Assembly: GCA_963842525.1 (NCBI GenBank)
Contig: CAWJGT010000003.1
Span: forward strand, 32,001-96,000
Length of the DNA stretch: 64,000 nt
Direction of reading: 5' to 3'
Source: an uncultured Holophagales bacterium
Lineage (GTDB): Bacteria > Acidobacteriota > Thermoanaerobaculia > Multivoradales > UBA5704
Shown here: positions 19,279-30,388 of the stretch, piece by piece
How positions within the stretch are numbered: position 1 is the stretch's first letter
How the letters are laid out: each line of letters begins with the position of its first letter
Notes under the pieces: generated by a model
What the model was told of the DNA's origin: nothing
What the model saw: only the letters and a program-made list of their open reading frames with translations
The model's database searches: none
Position numbers and translations under genes: made by a program

Positions 19279-22200
19279 TCAGGCGCCATAGTGGACGAAC
19301 GCACTCCAGAAAACGGGATGGGAGTAGACAGGATCAGCCTTTTCCCCGGAGACCCGCTCCAGGAAATCGCTCAAGGCTGCGATTCCGTCCTTGCTGATGC
19401 GGCCCTCGGCGAGCCACGCCCGTAGCTTCTCCTGAATCACCGGCAAGCTCGCGCTCCTCAACCACTGCTGGGCTTGTCGCAGGGCGGCACCGGGGCGCAG
19501 GCCCTCACCCAGGAAAAAATCGTAGAACCGGCCGATGCACAGCATGGTTGGAACGTCGTCGACCGGCCAGAGGCTGGCGATCACGCCGGCAGCCCCCGCC
19601 TGGAGGAAGCCGGCTGCCAGGCCTGTGAATTCGAGTGGGGCGTGGTGGGTGTCGTAGACGCCCGTGCTGCAGGCCGAGAGCACCGCCAGCCGCGGATTCC
19701 CCAAAGCCTTCGCCTGGAGGAGATCGGCCAACGTCAAGGTCTCGCTGGCTGAGAGCGCCAGGCGGGAGCGGGTCGGGTCGTCCTGATCAAATTCGCCGTG
19801 GGTGGCGAAGTGCCACAGGTCTTTACCGGCAAGAAGAGCGAGAGCTTGGGCCGGGGTGCGCACTTCCGCCAGAGTAAGAGGATCTTCCGCGGAGAACCAG
19901 CTTTGGACGAGAGTGGCCTCGGGCTTGGAGGCGATGAGGTTGCCTACACTGTCAGCCTCGATCACCGCGGCCTGGGCCGGTCTCGCTCCGGCCTCCACCG
20001 CTCGCTCGCGGGCTCGGGCCATAGCGGTCAAGCTGGGTGCGTAGCTCAGCTCGTAGCAATCGGCCAGCGCCTCCCCAGTCGCCGGGTCGCAGGCCAGCCC
20101 GAGGGGGAGAAGACCGAGGCCGCCGTGAGGCAGGAGGACGAGCCTGGCTCCTCGAGGGATCCCTGCGGCGTCGAGGTGCTCGACGAGGCGGCCGGCGAAG
20201 AGATGCCAGAGCTTCGCTCCGAGCTTCCCGCTGCATCTGTTCCCATGGCTCGGCGCCCATGTCCCAGAGCACGAGCAGATGTCGCGATCGAGAGCTTCTC
20301 CGGGCTGCCTCGTCGAGCCACCACTGGAGAGCCTCCTCCAGGAGCTTGCCTCCTTCTTCCTCTAGCTCCAGATCGACGATGCGGATTCCGGCCCGCCCGT
20401 TCTCCTCAAGACCGAGGAGGACCCAGCTTCCTGCCTCGGTGAGGATCGGTGCCACAATTACGATGCCGTCCCGCGTGCAGGCGGCCACCAGATCCTCGAT
20501 GTCCTTCGGCCCCATCTCTCCCGGTGGGCGGTAAGGGTCCACGATCTCCTTCATGCGGCGCCGTCGCTGCGCCAACCGTTCGAGGAGAGCCTGCCGGTCC
20601 TCGATCCGGCCTCCGGCGCTGAGCGCGTGCTCGAGCCCGCTCACCTCGTTCTTGGCCTCCTGCAGCTCGTGCCGCTCGGCCGCGGAGAGGCCGAGGGTCT
20701 CCAGGTGCAGAGCCTTGGCCAGCAGGCGTGCCCGGCTCGATTCCCAGAGAGCGAGAGCCCGCCTCGCATCGCCGAGCCGGAGCGAGGGCACCGGGATGTC
20801 CGCCGCCAGCCTCCCGAGGGATCTCAAGGTATCCAGGGCTTCCGCGTCGTGGACCTCGATACCGCCCACCAGAAGGTCGGCGGCACGCAGCACCGAAACG
20901 AAGGCAGCCTCGGCGGCCTGCCATTCCTGTCTCCGCAGGTGCACCATGCCCAGGGTCAGGGCCCCGGTCACGTGCTCTCGGGGAGCCCGCTCCAGGGTGA
21001 AGACCTCCAAGGCTTTCTCCATGCTGGCCCGGGATTCCTCGTCGATCGATTCCATGAAGGACGAGCCGATTTCGATCTGCTCCCCGAGTAGTCGAAGCTT
21101 CCCGTAGGCGACAGCGCGGTTCTTGTGCAGGCCGGCCCACTTCCAGGGGTCCGCCTCCCGGTGCGCCCGCGTCAAGGCGGCGTCGTAGGCAGCAATGGCT
21201 TTGTCGAGATTGCCCACAAATTGTTCCGGCGGCGGGAGGCTTTCAGGTAACCGGCTATAGGCGCTTCCCAGGCCCGCCTGCGTGAGAACCCAGGAGCGGG
21301 GATCGTCGAGGGGAGTAAGAATCTGAAGAGCATCTTCGAAGGCAGCAATCGCGAGCCGTAGGGTCTCGTCCGAATGACCCTCCGGCGACCTCAGCCAGGC
21401 ATGACCGAGGTTCTCCTGCAGGATTGCCCAGAGCTGACGGTCATCCTCACGCCGTAGACCCTCCGCGGCCTTCCTGAAGGCCTCCATGGCCGAGGCGAAA
21501 TTGGTTTTGGGCTCACCCCGGCGGCGAGCCATGTAGGCGTTCCCGAGGCTCATCCACACATGGCCCATACCGCTGGGGTCGCTGACGGCGCGGCCCAGGG
21601 ACACGGCCTCTTCGAGCAAGGCGATAGCTTTGTCAACGTTATCCGCCGGCGGGCCTGCGATGCGATCGAGAAAGGAAGCCGCGAGGTCGAGGCGGACCGA
21701 CCCGCGGAGACCCGGATCGTCCTGCCGATCAAAGACGGCGAGGGCTGCCTGGAGGTGCTCGATGGATGCCTCGAGGTTCTTCTCCGGATCATCCACGGAC
21801 CGCGCCGCGAATGCATTGCCGAGAGCCACCTTGGCGTGTGCCCATTCCACCGGCGTTGCCTCGGGATCGAGCACTGTCAGAGCTCGCTGCGCCGCGGCGA
21901 TCGCCTCCTCGACGTTGGTGGAGAGGCGGTAGCCGGGCCGCCTCACCAGAACACGGGCCAGCGCGACCTGCGCATCGGCCCAGTCACGAGGGTGGTCGGT
22001 CAGCACGCTGGCGGCATCCTGAAAGTCAGCGATGGCACCTTCGAGATTGGAGCGCAGAGGCCCGAGGACCCGCGACGCCATCATCCGGCCGCGATCGATT
22101 TTCGCCAGCCCGTGCCGGTGCGGATGCTCGTGGCGCGTGAACACCGTCAGCGCCTCGTTACAGGCGGCGATCGCCGCCTCGACGTCCTGCGCGCGCTGAC

Positions 22201-23431
22201 TTGTCCGGCTCTGCGCCATCAGGGTCAGCGCACGATGCATCTGGAGGTGGCCCCAGGGAAGGCCATCGGCGCGCGTCAGCAGCGCCGCGGCTGCGTCGAA
22301 CGCGGCCAGAGCCTGCTCGGCCTGGGCTCGATCGCCGGGTGGAGCCTCTTTGATCAGGGCACGACCCCGGGCATAGTGGCGTTCCGCTTCAGCAACGCGC
22401 CTGGAGGAAGGGCGGCGCGCGGTCGCCCGCACCGGACGCGCTGCCGGCGGCGAGCTTTTCTTCCTGACGAAAGCCACCGGTGCTCCCTGCCGCTTCTGAA
22501 GCCACCTGGCGAAGGGAGCGAGCAGATGTTCCGGCTTCAGCTCCGTTTTCTCCTGCAACCGCGCGAGCTCCGCCTCTTCCGGCGGGCCGAGGCTTTCCAA
22601 GACCTGCTTGCCCATGGTCTCGCGGTCGCCACGCGCAATGGCGTCAAGGGCTAACAGGCCATCCTTGTCGATGGGGAACAGGCGCTTCGCCCAGGCCATG
22701 TAGTAGGAAAATGCGTCGACGAAAAAGGAGAGGCTGGCGCCGTCGCCGGTCATCAGGCGCCGCTCGAAAGCAGGATGAATCCTGTCTTCGACGATGCGCC
22801 GCAGGACCTCGTCTTCTGGCGTGATGCCGGTCAGGCTGAGATGGAATCTGGCATTCTCGTAGAGGCTCCGCGGGACGTCTCGTACCACAGAAGAATCCTG
22901 ACCATCCCCGAACAGGATCTCGAAGTAGGCGAAGCCGGCCAGGAGCTGCTCACTCCGGATCCGGAGCCGCCGTTGCTGCTCCTCCTGGGGAGGGGAGTGC
23001 ACGCTGATCAGAAAGCCCCTCTCCTCACTGCGGGACTGCAGAGATCTGAGCTGTTCCTGCATGGCGCCCCGGAGCCGCCAAAGCCTGCGCCGCGGGATCG
23101 CCGTGAGGAGCCGCGCCAGGAAGCCGTGAGGATGAATGGAGAAACGCTGTGTCACCCAGGTCCCGTGGAAATCGGCGGCGAATTCCATCTCCAGCCGGGA
23201 AGTGACGAGCCCGTCGGTATTGTCGAGGACGAAGCGGCGCGGCCGGTCCTCTTCGCGGACGAAGCGCTGTTCCTTGAGCGTCCTCGCCTTCTGAACCACC
23301 TCCGGCGGCGCACCGTGCTCGCTCAGCTCTCGTGGATCCGGAAGCAGCGCCAGCGTGTGGAAACAGACGTCATACGCGAGCTCCGGCTCGACCCCGAAGA
23401 CCTCCCAGGCGGCGACGGTCCGGTGCTTCAT
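19279..23431 (-). CDS. TPR-CHAT (caspase-like) protease with SRPBCC-like N-terminal domain; one frameshift near 20225
   Basis: Repeated TPR-like units (WAxxQxNLGxAY, AIAAxxxAL); LLPHGGLGLLPL restored by a frame change; catalytic HFATHG and LSACSTG; VIASLWPVDD and HPVFWSAF. Confidence 0.85.
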
Positions 23432-23482
23432 GGGGTGGCGTCGGCCCGGTCCATGGGGGTACTCTACCTGGACGCAGCGTCG

Positions 23483-25984
23483 ATGATCTCCTCGCCCGAT
23501 CCCACACCCGGCCGCCGGCCGCCGCGCCTCCTGTACCTGGGAGCTGTCCTGTTCCTCGGGCTCGCGCTGGCCGCGGCGCATTCCATCCGCCGTGAGTGGC
23601 ACCGGCGGGTCGGCCAGGAGCAGGCGGCGGCCCTCTTCGAGCTGGTCCAGGACAAGACGCCGGCGCGGCCGACCGAGACGCCCGGCGTGAGCGCCTGGCT
23701 CCACCTGGCCCTCAAGCGCTACCGTGGGCAGATCCCCGATCTTGAGCGGGCCCGTCTCTGGGGCGAGATCGCCGACTGGCAGGACCGGCGTTCGGTGCCT
23801 CCGTCGCTCGCCGGGATGCGTGACCTCCTGGCGAGCCCGGTGAAGCCGGCGCCGTCCCACTCCGTCCCTCGCCTGCTTCCGGGCGCTGCCCTGGGTGACA
23901 TGAGCGGAGCGGCCCGGTCGCCGCTCCAGTTCCGGGTGCAGCGCTTCGTCGAGCTGGACGGCTATTGGCTGGTGGTCACGCGCCGCAAGGCGCTCGACGA
24001 GGCGGATCTGACCGATCCGGCGAACGCCTCGAATCGCTTCCTGACCTCGGTGGGGCCGCACCTGCTGCAGCTCGCCGAGCGGCTCGGCGCCTCTTTGGCC
24101 GCCCGTCCCCTGCCCGCGACGCCCGGAGCGGTGCCGCCGCGGGTGGTGCGCGTCTATGGCCTGTCGGAAGACGGGACCCTGGTCACGATGCCCCTGGGCG
24201 AGCTGGCGCCGGACCCCGCGGCGCGCCGTCGGGTGGCCCTGGACGAGGGGCGGGAGCTCCGCAAGCTGCCGCAGCTTCCCAACTTCGTCTCCAACGAGTT
24301 CTTCTTCCAGTTCGATGACAACCGGCCGCAAGGGCAGGTCTACTACTCGGGCCTCTATCTGGACCTCGGCGGGCAGGGGGTCGTGGCCACGATCACCGTG
24401 CCCTGGCGCGACCCTGCCTCCGGGACCGCCGGTGTCCTGGCAACGGACCTGACGTTCGACATCGACTGGCAGGCCTTCGCCCGCCAGATCGGTCCGCCCC
24501 TGGTGGCCGAGGTCGTCGCCCTGCCGCCGCCGCCGGAGGAACGCTGGCGGCCGTGGAGCGATCTGCTGGCTGCACTGCCCTCCTCCCGCGATCGGGCTCT
24601 GGGCCGCGCGGTCGCCGCCGCGGCCGAGCGCGAGCGGCGGGAGGGGTTGTTCGTGACCCCCGGGTCTGTCCAACACAGCCTCGTGGAGGGGCAGGGTGCG
24701 GTCGCGGCCCTTCAGGTCTCGGCCCGGAACTGGCTCGTCATCCTCTTTCCGAAGACCGGCGCGGACTTCCCGGTTTTGTCGTTGGCGCTGCTCCTGCTGC
24801 CCATGGCCCTGTCGCTGGGCGGCTTCGAGCTCTACCGCCGGCGGGCCGAGCAGGCGCAGGTCAAGGCCGAGCGCGAGCTGGCCGAGAAGCAGAGCCTCCT
24901 CAACACCATGCAGGTGCCGCTCCTGGTGGTCGATCCGAACTCGGACGTGGTGGCGTTCGGCAACGACGCGGCCCGCCGCCTGGGGATCGAGGCCGGGGTG
25001 CGGATCGCCGACATGGTGGCCGGCGACGAGCGGGCGCGCCGACACTACGAGCGGATGCAGGTGGCCGCACCGGACGCGCGGCGGGCTTATGGGCTCCCTC
25101 TCCGGGTGCGCGGCGAGTCCGGCGAGCTGGAGACCCGCTATGCCGTGGTGCGGTCCGTGGCGGTGACCGCGCCGATCGAGGCCCTGCAGGCCGACGAGCG
25201 GCACCGGCTGGGCATCCTTTTCCTCCTGGAGCCGGAGGACGACCTGGCCCTGCTGACCGACGATCTGGTCCGCGAAACCCGTGAAGAGGAGCGGCGGCGC
25301 CTCGCCGGGCTCTTGAGCCACGGGGTCGACACCCTGGTGCGGGTGCTCTCCCATGCCCTCACCCGCGGCGGTGAGGGGGAGCTCGTCACCTGGCTCGCCG
25401 GCTATGTCGAACGGAGGATCCGGGTCACCGCCTGGCTCCTCGACCACTGGGACGCAGAGCCACCGCTGCCTCCGGCCTGCGCCATCGAGTCATCCCATGC
25501 CCGAGAGACCCTCGCCGCCCTGGAGCGCGTCCTCGCCCTGGCCGCCACGGACCCCGAGCTGCGTTCCAGCCTGCACTGGGACAACGGCGCCCTGTCCGGC
25601 AGGCACGGAGGCCCGCCTCTACAGATTTCCTGCGACTGGCCCTCCCGCTACTGGTTCCCGCTGCCCGTGCGGGGCGGCTTCGGCCTGTTCCTGGAAGAGG
25701 TGCTGGTCAATGCCATCCGGCACAGCCGTCCAGGCTCCGTCCCCCGCCTCACCCTGCACCTGGATCGAGGGCGCCGGGAGCTGCTGGTCGAGGCTGAGAA
25801 CGAGGTGCGGGACGGAAGCGTCTCGCGGCAGCGGGGCGAGTCATACGGCGGCCTCCGCATCCTCGAGCGCCTGGCCTTCCTCTTCGGATGGCAGGATCTG
25901 GCCTTCGAGGAGTCGGGAAGCACTTTCCGCGTAAGCTGGCGGGTGCCGGTCAGCGAGCGAGAGGAGCCGGACGAAGCAGATTAA
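23483..25984 (+). CDS. Atypical membrane sensor histidine kinase-like protein (TM-Cache-like-TM-PAS-degenerate HK)
   Basis: YYSGLYLDLGGQGVVATITVP...GVLATDL (Cache-like), LLNTMQVPLLVVD...FGNDAA (PAS), LSHGVD (H-box-like), EEVLVNAIRHS (N-box), GESYGGLRILERL (G-box remnant). Confidence 0.65.
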   Translation: MISSPDPTPGRRPPRLLYLGAVLFLGLALAAAHSIRREWHRRVGQEQAAALFELVQDKTPARPTETPGVSAWLHLALKRYRGQIPDLERARLWGEIADWQDRRSVPPSLAGMRDLLASPVKPAPSHSVPRLLPGAALGDMSGAARSPLQFRVQRFVELDGYWLVVTRRKALDEADLTDPANASNRFLTSVGPHLLQLAERLGASLAARPLPATPGAVPPRVVRVYGLSEDGTLVTMPLGELAPDPAARRRVALDEGRELRKLPQLPNFVSNEFFFQFDDNRPQGQVYYSGLYLDLGGQGVVATITVPWRDPASGTAGVLATDLTFDIDWQAFARQIGPPLVAEVVALPPPPEERWRPWSDLLAALPSSRDRALGRAVAAAAERERREGLFVTPGSVQHSLVEGQGAVAALQVSARNWLVILFPKTGADFPVLSLALLLLPMALSLGGFELYRRRAEQAQVKAERELAEKQSLLNTMQVPLLVVDPNSDVVAFGNDAARRLGIEAGVRIADMVAGDERARRHYERMQVAAPDARRAYGLPLRVRGESGELETRYAVVRSVAVTAPIEALQADERHRLGILFLLEPEDDLALLTDDLVRETREEERRRLAGLLSHGVDTLVRVLSHALTRGGEGELVTWLAGYVERRIRVTAWLLDHWDAEPPLPPACAIESSHARETLAALERVLALAATDPELRSSLHWDNGALSGRHGGPPLQISCDWPSRYWFPLPVRGGFGLFLEEVLVNAIRHSRPGSVPRLTLHLDRGRRELLVEAENEVRDGSVSRQRGESYGGLRILERLAFLFGWQDLAFEESGSTFRVSWRVPVSEREEPDEAD

Positions 25985-25986
25985 GA

Positions 25987-26116
25987 CCCCCTCCCCGACC
26001 CTCCCCCGCGCGACCACCAGCCCCCCACCCCGAGCGGGAGAGGGCGCCCCCGCCCAATCCCGATTTTCTGCTTTTCCCCTCTCCCGCTTCGCGGGGGAGG
26101 GGCAGGGGAGGGGGCC
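25987..26116. repeat. Variant CCCCTCTCCC/GGGAGAGG palindromic element between convergent genes
   Basis: CCCCTCCCCGACCCTCCCCCGCG ... CCCCTCTCCCGCTTCGCGGGGGAGGGGCAGGGGAGGGGG. Confidence 0.75.
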
Positions 26117-26922
26117 TACATCAGCCCCTTCACATACCCCCCATCCACCGTGATCGCCTGCCCGGTCAGGTACGAGGCCGCCGGAGTACAGAGGAAGGCG
26201 ACCACCTCACCGATCTCCTCGGGCCGGGCCATCCGGCCGATGGCGGTAATGGCTGCCCAGTTGGAGAAGATCTCCTCGCGGGATTTGCCGGTGCGGGCCG
26301 AGGCCGCGGCGGCGAGCTCGTCCTGCCGCTCGGTCAAGGTGTAGCCGGGGAGCACGGCGTTGACCGTGACGCCGTCGGGCGCCACCTCCTGCGACAGGGT
26401 CTTGAGATAGCCGAGGACCGCCGGCCGCAGGGCGTTCGAGATCGACAGATTCGGGATCGGCTGCCGCGACGAGATCGAGTTGATGGCTACGATCCGGCCC
26501 CAGCGGCGCTCGCGCATGCCGGGCAGCACCAGCCGGCAGAGGCGGGGGATGAAGAGGAAGATCAGAGGAAGGGCGGCGGCCCAGTCTTCTTCCGTGATCT
26601 CCGCGGCCGGCTTGGCCGGCGGTCCGCCGCCGTTGGGGACCAGGATGTCGATCGGTCCGACCCGGCGGGTCGTCTCCTCGACGAGGCTCTCGAGCGACGC
26701 CAATTCGCGGACGTCCGCAGCAATGGCGGTCACGTCCGCGCCCGTGGCGGCCAGCCGGGTCCGGGCGGCCTCCAGCTTGTCGCCGCCGCGGCTGGAGAGC
26801 ACGATGCGGGCTCCCCGGCGGGCGAGAGCCTTGGCGGCGGCGAAGCCGAGGCCGCTACTGCCGCCGGTGATCAGGGCGACGCGTCCGGTCAGGTCGTCCG
26901 GGTTCTGGCTGTCGGCGCTCAT
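26116..26922 (-). CDS. Short-chain dehydrogenase/reductase
   Basis: [32 protein letters not shown]; SNALR replaces the usual YxxxK motif. Confidence 0.92.
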   Translation of the reverse strand: MSADSQNPDDLTGRVALITGGSSGLGFAAAKALARRGARIVLSSRGGDKLEAARTRLAATGADVTAIAADVRELASLESLVEETTRRVGPIDILVPNGGGPPAKPAAEITEEDWAAALPLIFLFIPRLCRLVLPGMRERRWGRIVAINSISSRQPIPNLSISNALRPAVLGYLKTLSQEVAPDGVTVNAVLPGYTLTERQDELAAAASARTGKSREEIFSNWAAITAIGRMARPEEIGEVVAFLCTPAASYLTGQAITVDGGYVKGLM

Positions 26923-27797
26923 CCGATCCTCTCTCCCTGTTCGTTGTAGGTGTAGACACCGCGCCCGACCTTGCGGCCGAGCCGGCCGGCCCGCACATGC
27001 TGCACCAGGAGCTGGTTCGGGCGGAAGGCCTCGCCCAGCGTCTTGTGCAGGAACTCCAGGATGGCCAGGCGCACGTCCAGCCCCACGAGGTCGACCATCT
27101 CGAACGGCCCCATGGGATGGTTCAGTCCCAGCTTGAGCGCCTTGTCGATGTCCTCGGCGCTCGCCACCCCCTCCTGGAGCATGCGAAAGGCCTCATTGCC
27201 GATCAGGGCGTTGATCCGCGAGGTGACGAACCCGGGGGCCTCGTTGACCAGCACGACCTCCTTACCCATGCGCTCGCCGACGCGGCGCATCGTCGCGAGG
27301 GTCGCCTCGGAGGTCTCCAGCCCGCGCACCAGCTCGATCAGCTTCATCACGTGGACCGGGTTGAAGAAGTGCATGCCGCCGAAGCGGTCGGGCCGGCCGG
27401 AGCCGGCGGCCATCTCGGTGATCGAGAGAGCCGACGTGTTCGTGGCGAGGAGCGCCTCCTCGGGGCAGTGACGGACCACCTCCTGGAAGGTGCGGACCTT
27501 GAGGCCCATGTCCTCGGGTACCGCTTCGATAACCAGGTTGGCCGTGGCCACAGCGCCTGCGATGTCCTCATAGAGATGGAGGCTGCTCTTCGCGGTCGCG
27601 GCAGCCTCGGCGTCCACCTTGCCGAGCTGCACTCCCTTGTCAAGGTTGCGGTGGATCGCGGCCTCGGCCTTGCGCAAGGCCTCGCCGCTGGTGTCGAAGA
27701 GATGGGTCGTATAGCCGGCAAGGGCGGCGACGTGCGCGATGCCGCGCCCCATCGTGCCCGCGCCGAGGACGGCGACGGTCGAGATCTCCGTGCTCAT
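26919..27797 (-). CDS. 3-hydroxyacyl-CoA (3-hydroxybutyryl-CoA/PaaH-like) dehydrogenase
   Basis: [46 protein letters not shown]. Confidence 0.93.
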   Translation of the reverse strand: MSTEISTVAVLGAGTMGRGIAHVAALAGYTTHLFDTSGEALRKAEAAIHRNLDKGVQLGKVDAEAAATAKSSLHLYEDIAGAVATANLVIEAVPEDMGLKVRTFQEVVRHCPEEALLATNTSALSITEMAAGSGRPDRFGGMHFFNPVHVMKLIELVRGLETSEATLATMRRVGERMGKEVVLVNEAPGFVTSRINALIGNEAFRMLQEGVASAEDIDKALKLGLNHPMGPFEMVDLVGLDVRLAILEFLHKTLGEAFRPNQLLVQHVRAGRLGRKVGRGVYTYNEQGERIG

Positions 27798-27803
27798 AGG
27801 CTC

Positions 27804-28463
27804 TCAGGACACCGGAAGGGTGTAGAAGCCGGTCGTCTTGCCGGCGAGGTTGCGCAGCTCGTCCGCGATCGCCAGCGTGTTGCGCATGGCGGCGGCGGCG
27901 AGCTCCTGCAGCTCGGGCGTCGTGCAGTGCCTCTCCAGGAACTCCCTGCCGAGTTGGTGGTGGTGCGCCTCCTCAGGCTGGATGGTGTCCTCGTAGAGCC
28001 GGGCGGTCCCCTCGTCGCCAGCCGACCGGCAGAAGTTGACGAACTGGGTGTTGCGCACCTGGGCGATCGCTTCGCTGGTGAACGGGCCGGCGGCGACCCT
28101 CTCGACGGTGGTGCGCAGGCCGCGCAGGTACTGATAGAGCGGGCTGTGGCCGTCCGCCAGCGGATCGAAGTCCGCGAGGTCCTCGCCCAGCTCGGCGAGG
28201 CGCTGGCTGATGAGGCCATAGTGGCGCATCTCGTCGCCGCACTGGAGGGCCAGGAGCATCTTGGCCTCCACCTCCGGTGTGGTCGGCATCCACAGCCCGG
28301 CCAGCTCGCTCGCCTCCAACTCGCTCTTGAGAGCCAACTGGAGCAGGGTGATGACGTCGACCTGACCCTCGGCCTCCGATTCGAGGGTATCCGTCTCCCC
28401 GAGCCGCGAGAAGAGGCGGTCCATCTCTTCCATGAGACCGGCTACGAATTCCTTGCTGTTCAC
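27804..28463 (-). CDS. Ferritin-like diiron-carboxylate protein
   Basis: E...DEMRH and E...EEAHH pairs in a helical protein. Confidence 0.75.
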   Translation of the reverse strand: MNSKEFVAGLMEEMDRLFSRLGETDTLESEAEGQVDVITLLQLALKSELEASELAGLWMPTTPEVEAKMLLALQCGDEMRHYGLISQRLAELGEDLADFDPLADGHSPLYQYLRGLRTTVERVAAGPFTSEAIAQVRNTQFVNFCRSAGDEGTARLYEDTIQPEEAHHHQLGREFLERHCTTPELQELAAAAMRNTLAIADELRNLAGKTTGFYTLPVS

Positions 28464-28488
28464 GAAAAGTCTCCTCCCTCCATGCTCC

Positions 28489-29109
28489 TTATTCTAGCGT
28501 GCGCAGGACCGCGCGGACCGGGGATGCGTCGAGGCCCGCCATTTTGAGGGGCAGGGCAATGAGCTCGTAGACCCCCTCGGGGACGCCATCCAGGACCAGA
28601 CCCTCCAGGATCGCCACGCCGCCCCCGAACAGGGCGTGGTGGGCGTCGAGCGTCTTGCTGTCGAATGGATCGACCGAAGGAGTGTCCATGCCGACCAGCA
28701 GCACGCCGCGCTCGGCGAGCTGGCGGGCGAGCTCAGGCGACAGGGCGGTGAAGCGCTCGGGGAAGTTCCGGCGGTCGCGGACGCTCTCGCTCTTGAACAG
28801 CAGCCGGCCGGGGTTGGTCAGGTCGACCCCCTCGACGTGCCGCGGCTCGATCAGCGGCTGCGGCGGGACCCGGATCACCCGGCAGGGGCCGAGGTAGGTG
28901 TCCAGCGACATCTCGGAGATGCCCGCGCCGCGCGGCTCGGTGTGGAATGGCGCGTCGGCGTGGGAGCCCAGATGAGGTGTCGTGGTGATCGACGACAGAT
29001 TGACCGAGGCGCCTTCCGCGAGGGACCAGGTGAGGCGGCTCTGGAACGGGGTGTCGCCGGGCCAGACGGGGAGATCCGGGCGGACGGTGGGCGAAAGGTC
29101 ATAGAGCAT
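28489..29109 (-). CDS. kynB: Cyclase-family kynurenine formamidase
   Basis: VWPGD, HLGSHADAPFH, GMDTPSVD, ILEGL, YELIALPL, DASPVRAVL. Confidence 0.88.
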   Translation of the reverse strand: MLYDLSPTVRPDLPVWPGDTPFQSRLTWSLAEGASVNLSSITTTPHLGSHADAPFHTEPRGAGISEMSLDTYLGPCRVIRVPPQPLIEPRHVEGVDLTNPGRLLFKSESVRDRRNFPERFTALSPELARQLAERGVLLVGMDTPSVDPFDSKTLDAHHALFGGGVAILEGLVLDGVPEGVYELIALPLKMAGLDASPVRAVLRTLE

Positions 29110-29160
29110 GGCGCCCTCCTTGCCCGGATCATAGCCCCTCTCCTCCATGCCAGGAGCGGT

Positions 29161-29228
29161 TTCCCCCTCTCCCGTTCGGGGTGGTGGGTGCGGGACGCAC
29201 GGGAGAGGGGGGCCAGGGGGGTGAGGGT
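29161..29228. repeat. Single-arm copy of the CCCCTCTCCC...GGGAGAGGGG...GTGAGG repeat
   Basis: TTCCCCCTCTCCCG...CGGGAGAGGGGGGCCAGGGGGGTGAGG. Confidence 0.75.
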
Positions 29229-29231
29229 GCC

Positions 29232-29672
29232 TCAGCGGCCCGGCTCGGAGATCTTCTCCACGACCTTGGCGAAGTCCTTGTCGCCGACGGCTCGCGCGCG
29301 GGCCAGGTCGGCCTGTGCGATGACGCCCAGGAGGCAGTTCTTGTCGTCCACCACCGGGATGCGCCGCACCTGGTGTTTGGCCATCAGGTCCCCGACGTCG
29401 TCGAGGCTGTCGTCGATGCGGGCGCAGGCGAGATTGCCGGACGACATCGCGTCGCGTACCGGCGTGCTGGCCGGCAAGCCATGTCCGAGCACACGGAGGG
29501 CCAGGTCGCGGTCGGTGACGATGCCGGTCAGGCGCAGTGTGTCGCGGCTCTCGATGACCGGCAGGCTGCCGACGTCCTCGGTCTCCATGAGGCGCGCCGC
29601 CTCCTGGGCCGTGGTCTGGGGAGTGATACAGGCGGGGTTCTGAGTCATCAGATCTTTGGCATGTTTCGCCAT
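29232..29672 (-). CDS. CBS-pair domain protein
   Basis: DLMTQNP, VGSLPVI, GIVTDRDL, QVRRIPVVD, LLGVIAQADL. Confidence 0.92.
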   Translation of the reverse strand: MAKHAKDLMTQNPACITPQTTAQEAARLMETEDVGSLPVIESRDTLRLTGIVTDRDLALRVLGHGLPASTPVRDAMSSGNLACARIDDSLDDVGDLMAKHQVRRIPVVDDKNCLLGVIAQADLARARAVGDKDFAKVVEKISEPGR

Positions 29673-29750
29673 GCTGGAAACCTCCTTCGTGACGTGGTAC
29701 CAGCCCGGGTACCGGGCCCGCTGACGTACTGTGCAAGAGCCGGGCCGGCT

Positions 29751-30388
29751 TCACCCGATGGAGCGTCGGAACACCGCCCGTACGCACACGAGCGCCAGCA
29801 GCCATCCGGAGATGACGTCCAGGATGTGATGCTGGTGGATCAGGACGGTGGAGGCGGCGATCAGGAGGGCCCATGACCAGAGCAGGATCTTGATCCCTCG
29901 GGGAGCGCGCGGCGAGAAGACTGCGACGCAGACGACGGCGAAGGCGACGTGTAGCGAAGGCACGAGGTTGTAGGTGAGGTTCAGCCGGTCGGCGCAGTGA
30001 TAGAGACCCGCCCAGATGCCCAGCTCTCCTTCTGAAGGCGGCGGGAAAGCAAGCTCTGCGGGGACCAAAAGAAAGCCGATGCCGCTCCCCAGGATGAGGA
30101 CGGCCATCGTGGCGACCAACGCGCGAAACTCGCGGCGGGTCCTGACGACGAAGGGCGCCAGGACGAACAGGAGGTACAGCGACATATAGAAGACCGTCAT
30201 CGCGGGGACGAAGGGGATGCGGAAGCTCCATCGGCAGATGGACGGCCAGCCGCGGGCTGCGGCGCGCGGTCAGGAGGTCCGCCCCGCCATAGACGAAGGC
30301 GAACCAGAGGCTGTTCGCGAGCGACAGCAGCCCCGCAGATCGAAGATGGGGCCAGCCGGGCCAGGCTAGGAAGGGGTCCAGGGGTCAC
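29751..30388 (-). CDS. PAP2-like membrane phosphatase/phosphotransferase; frameshift near 30220, start uncertain
   Basis: N-terminal part LWFAFVYGGADLLT...HLPMEL joins IPFVPAMTVFYMS; motifs PSLHVA and STVLIHQHHILDV. Confidence 0.75.

Noticed and set aside
19952-25447. 1831-aa giant ORF, and the 1069-aa ORF at 22775-25984
   Set aside because: The N-terminal parts are antisense shadows of the divergent neighbour; credible starts are 23431 (-) and 23483 (+).
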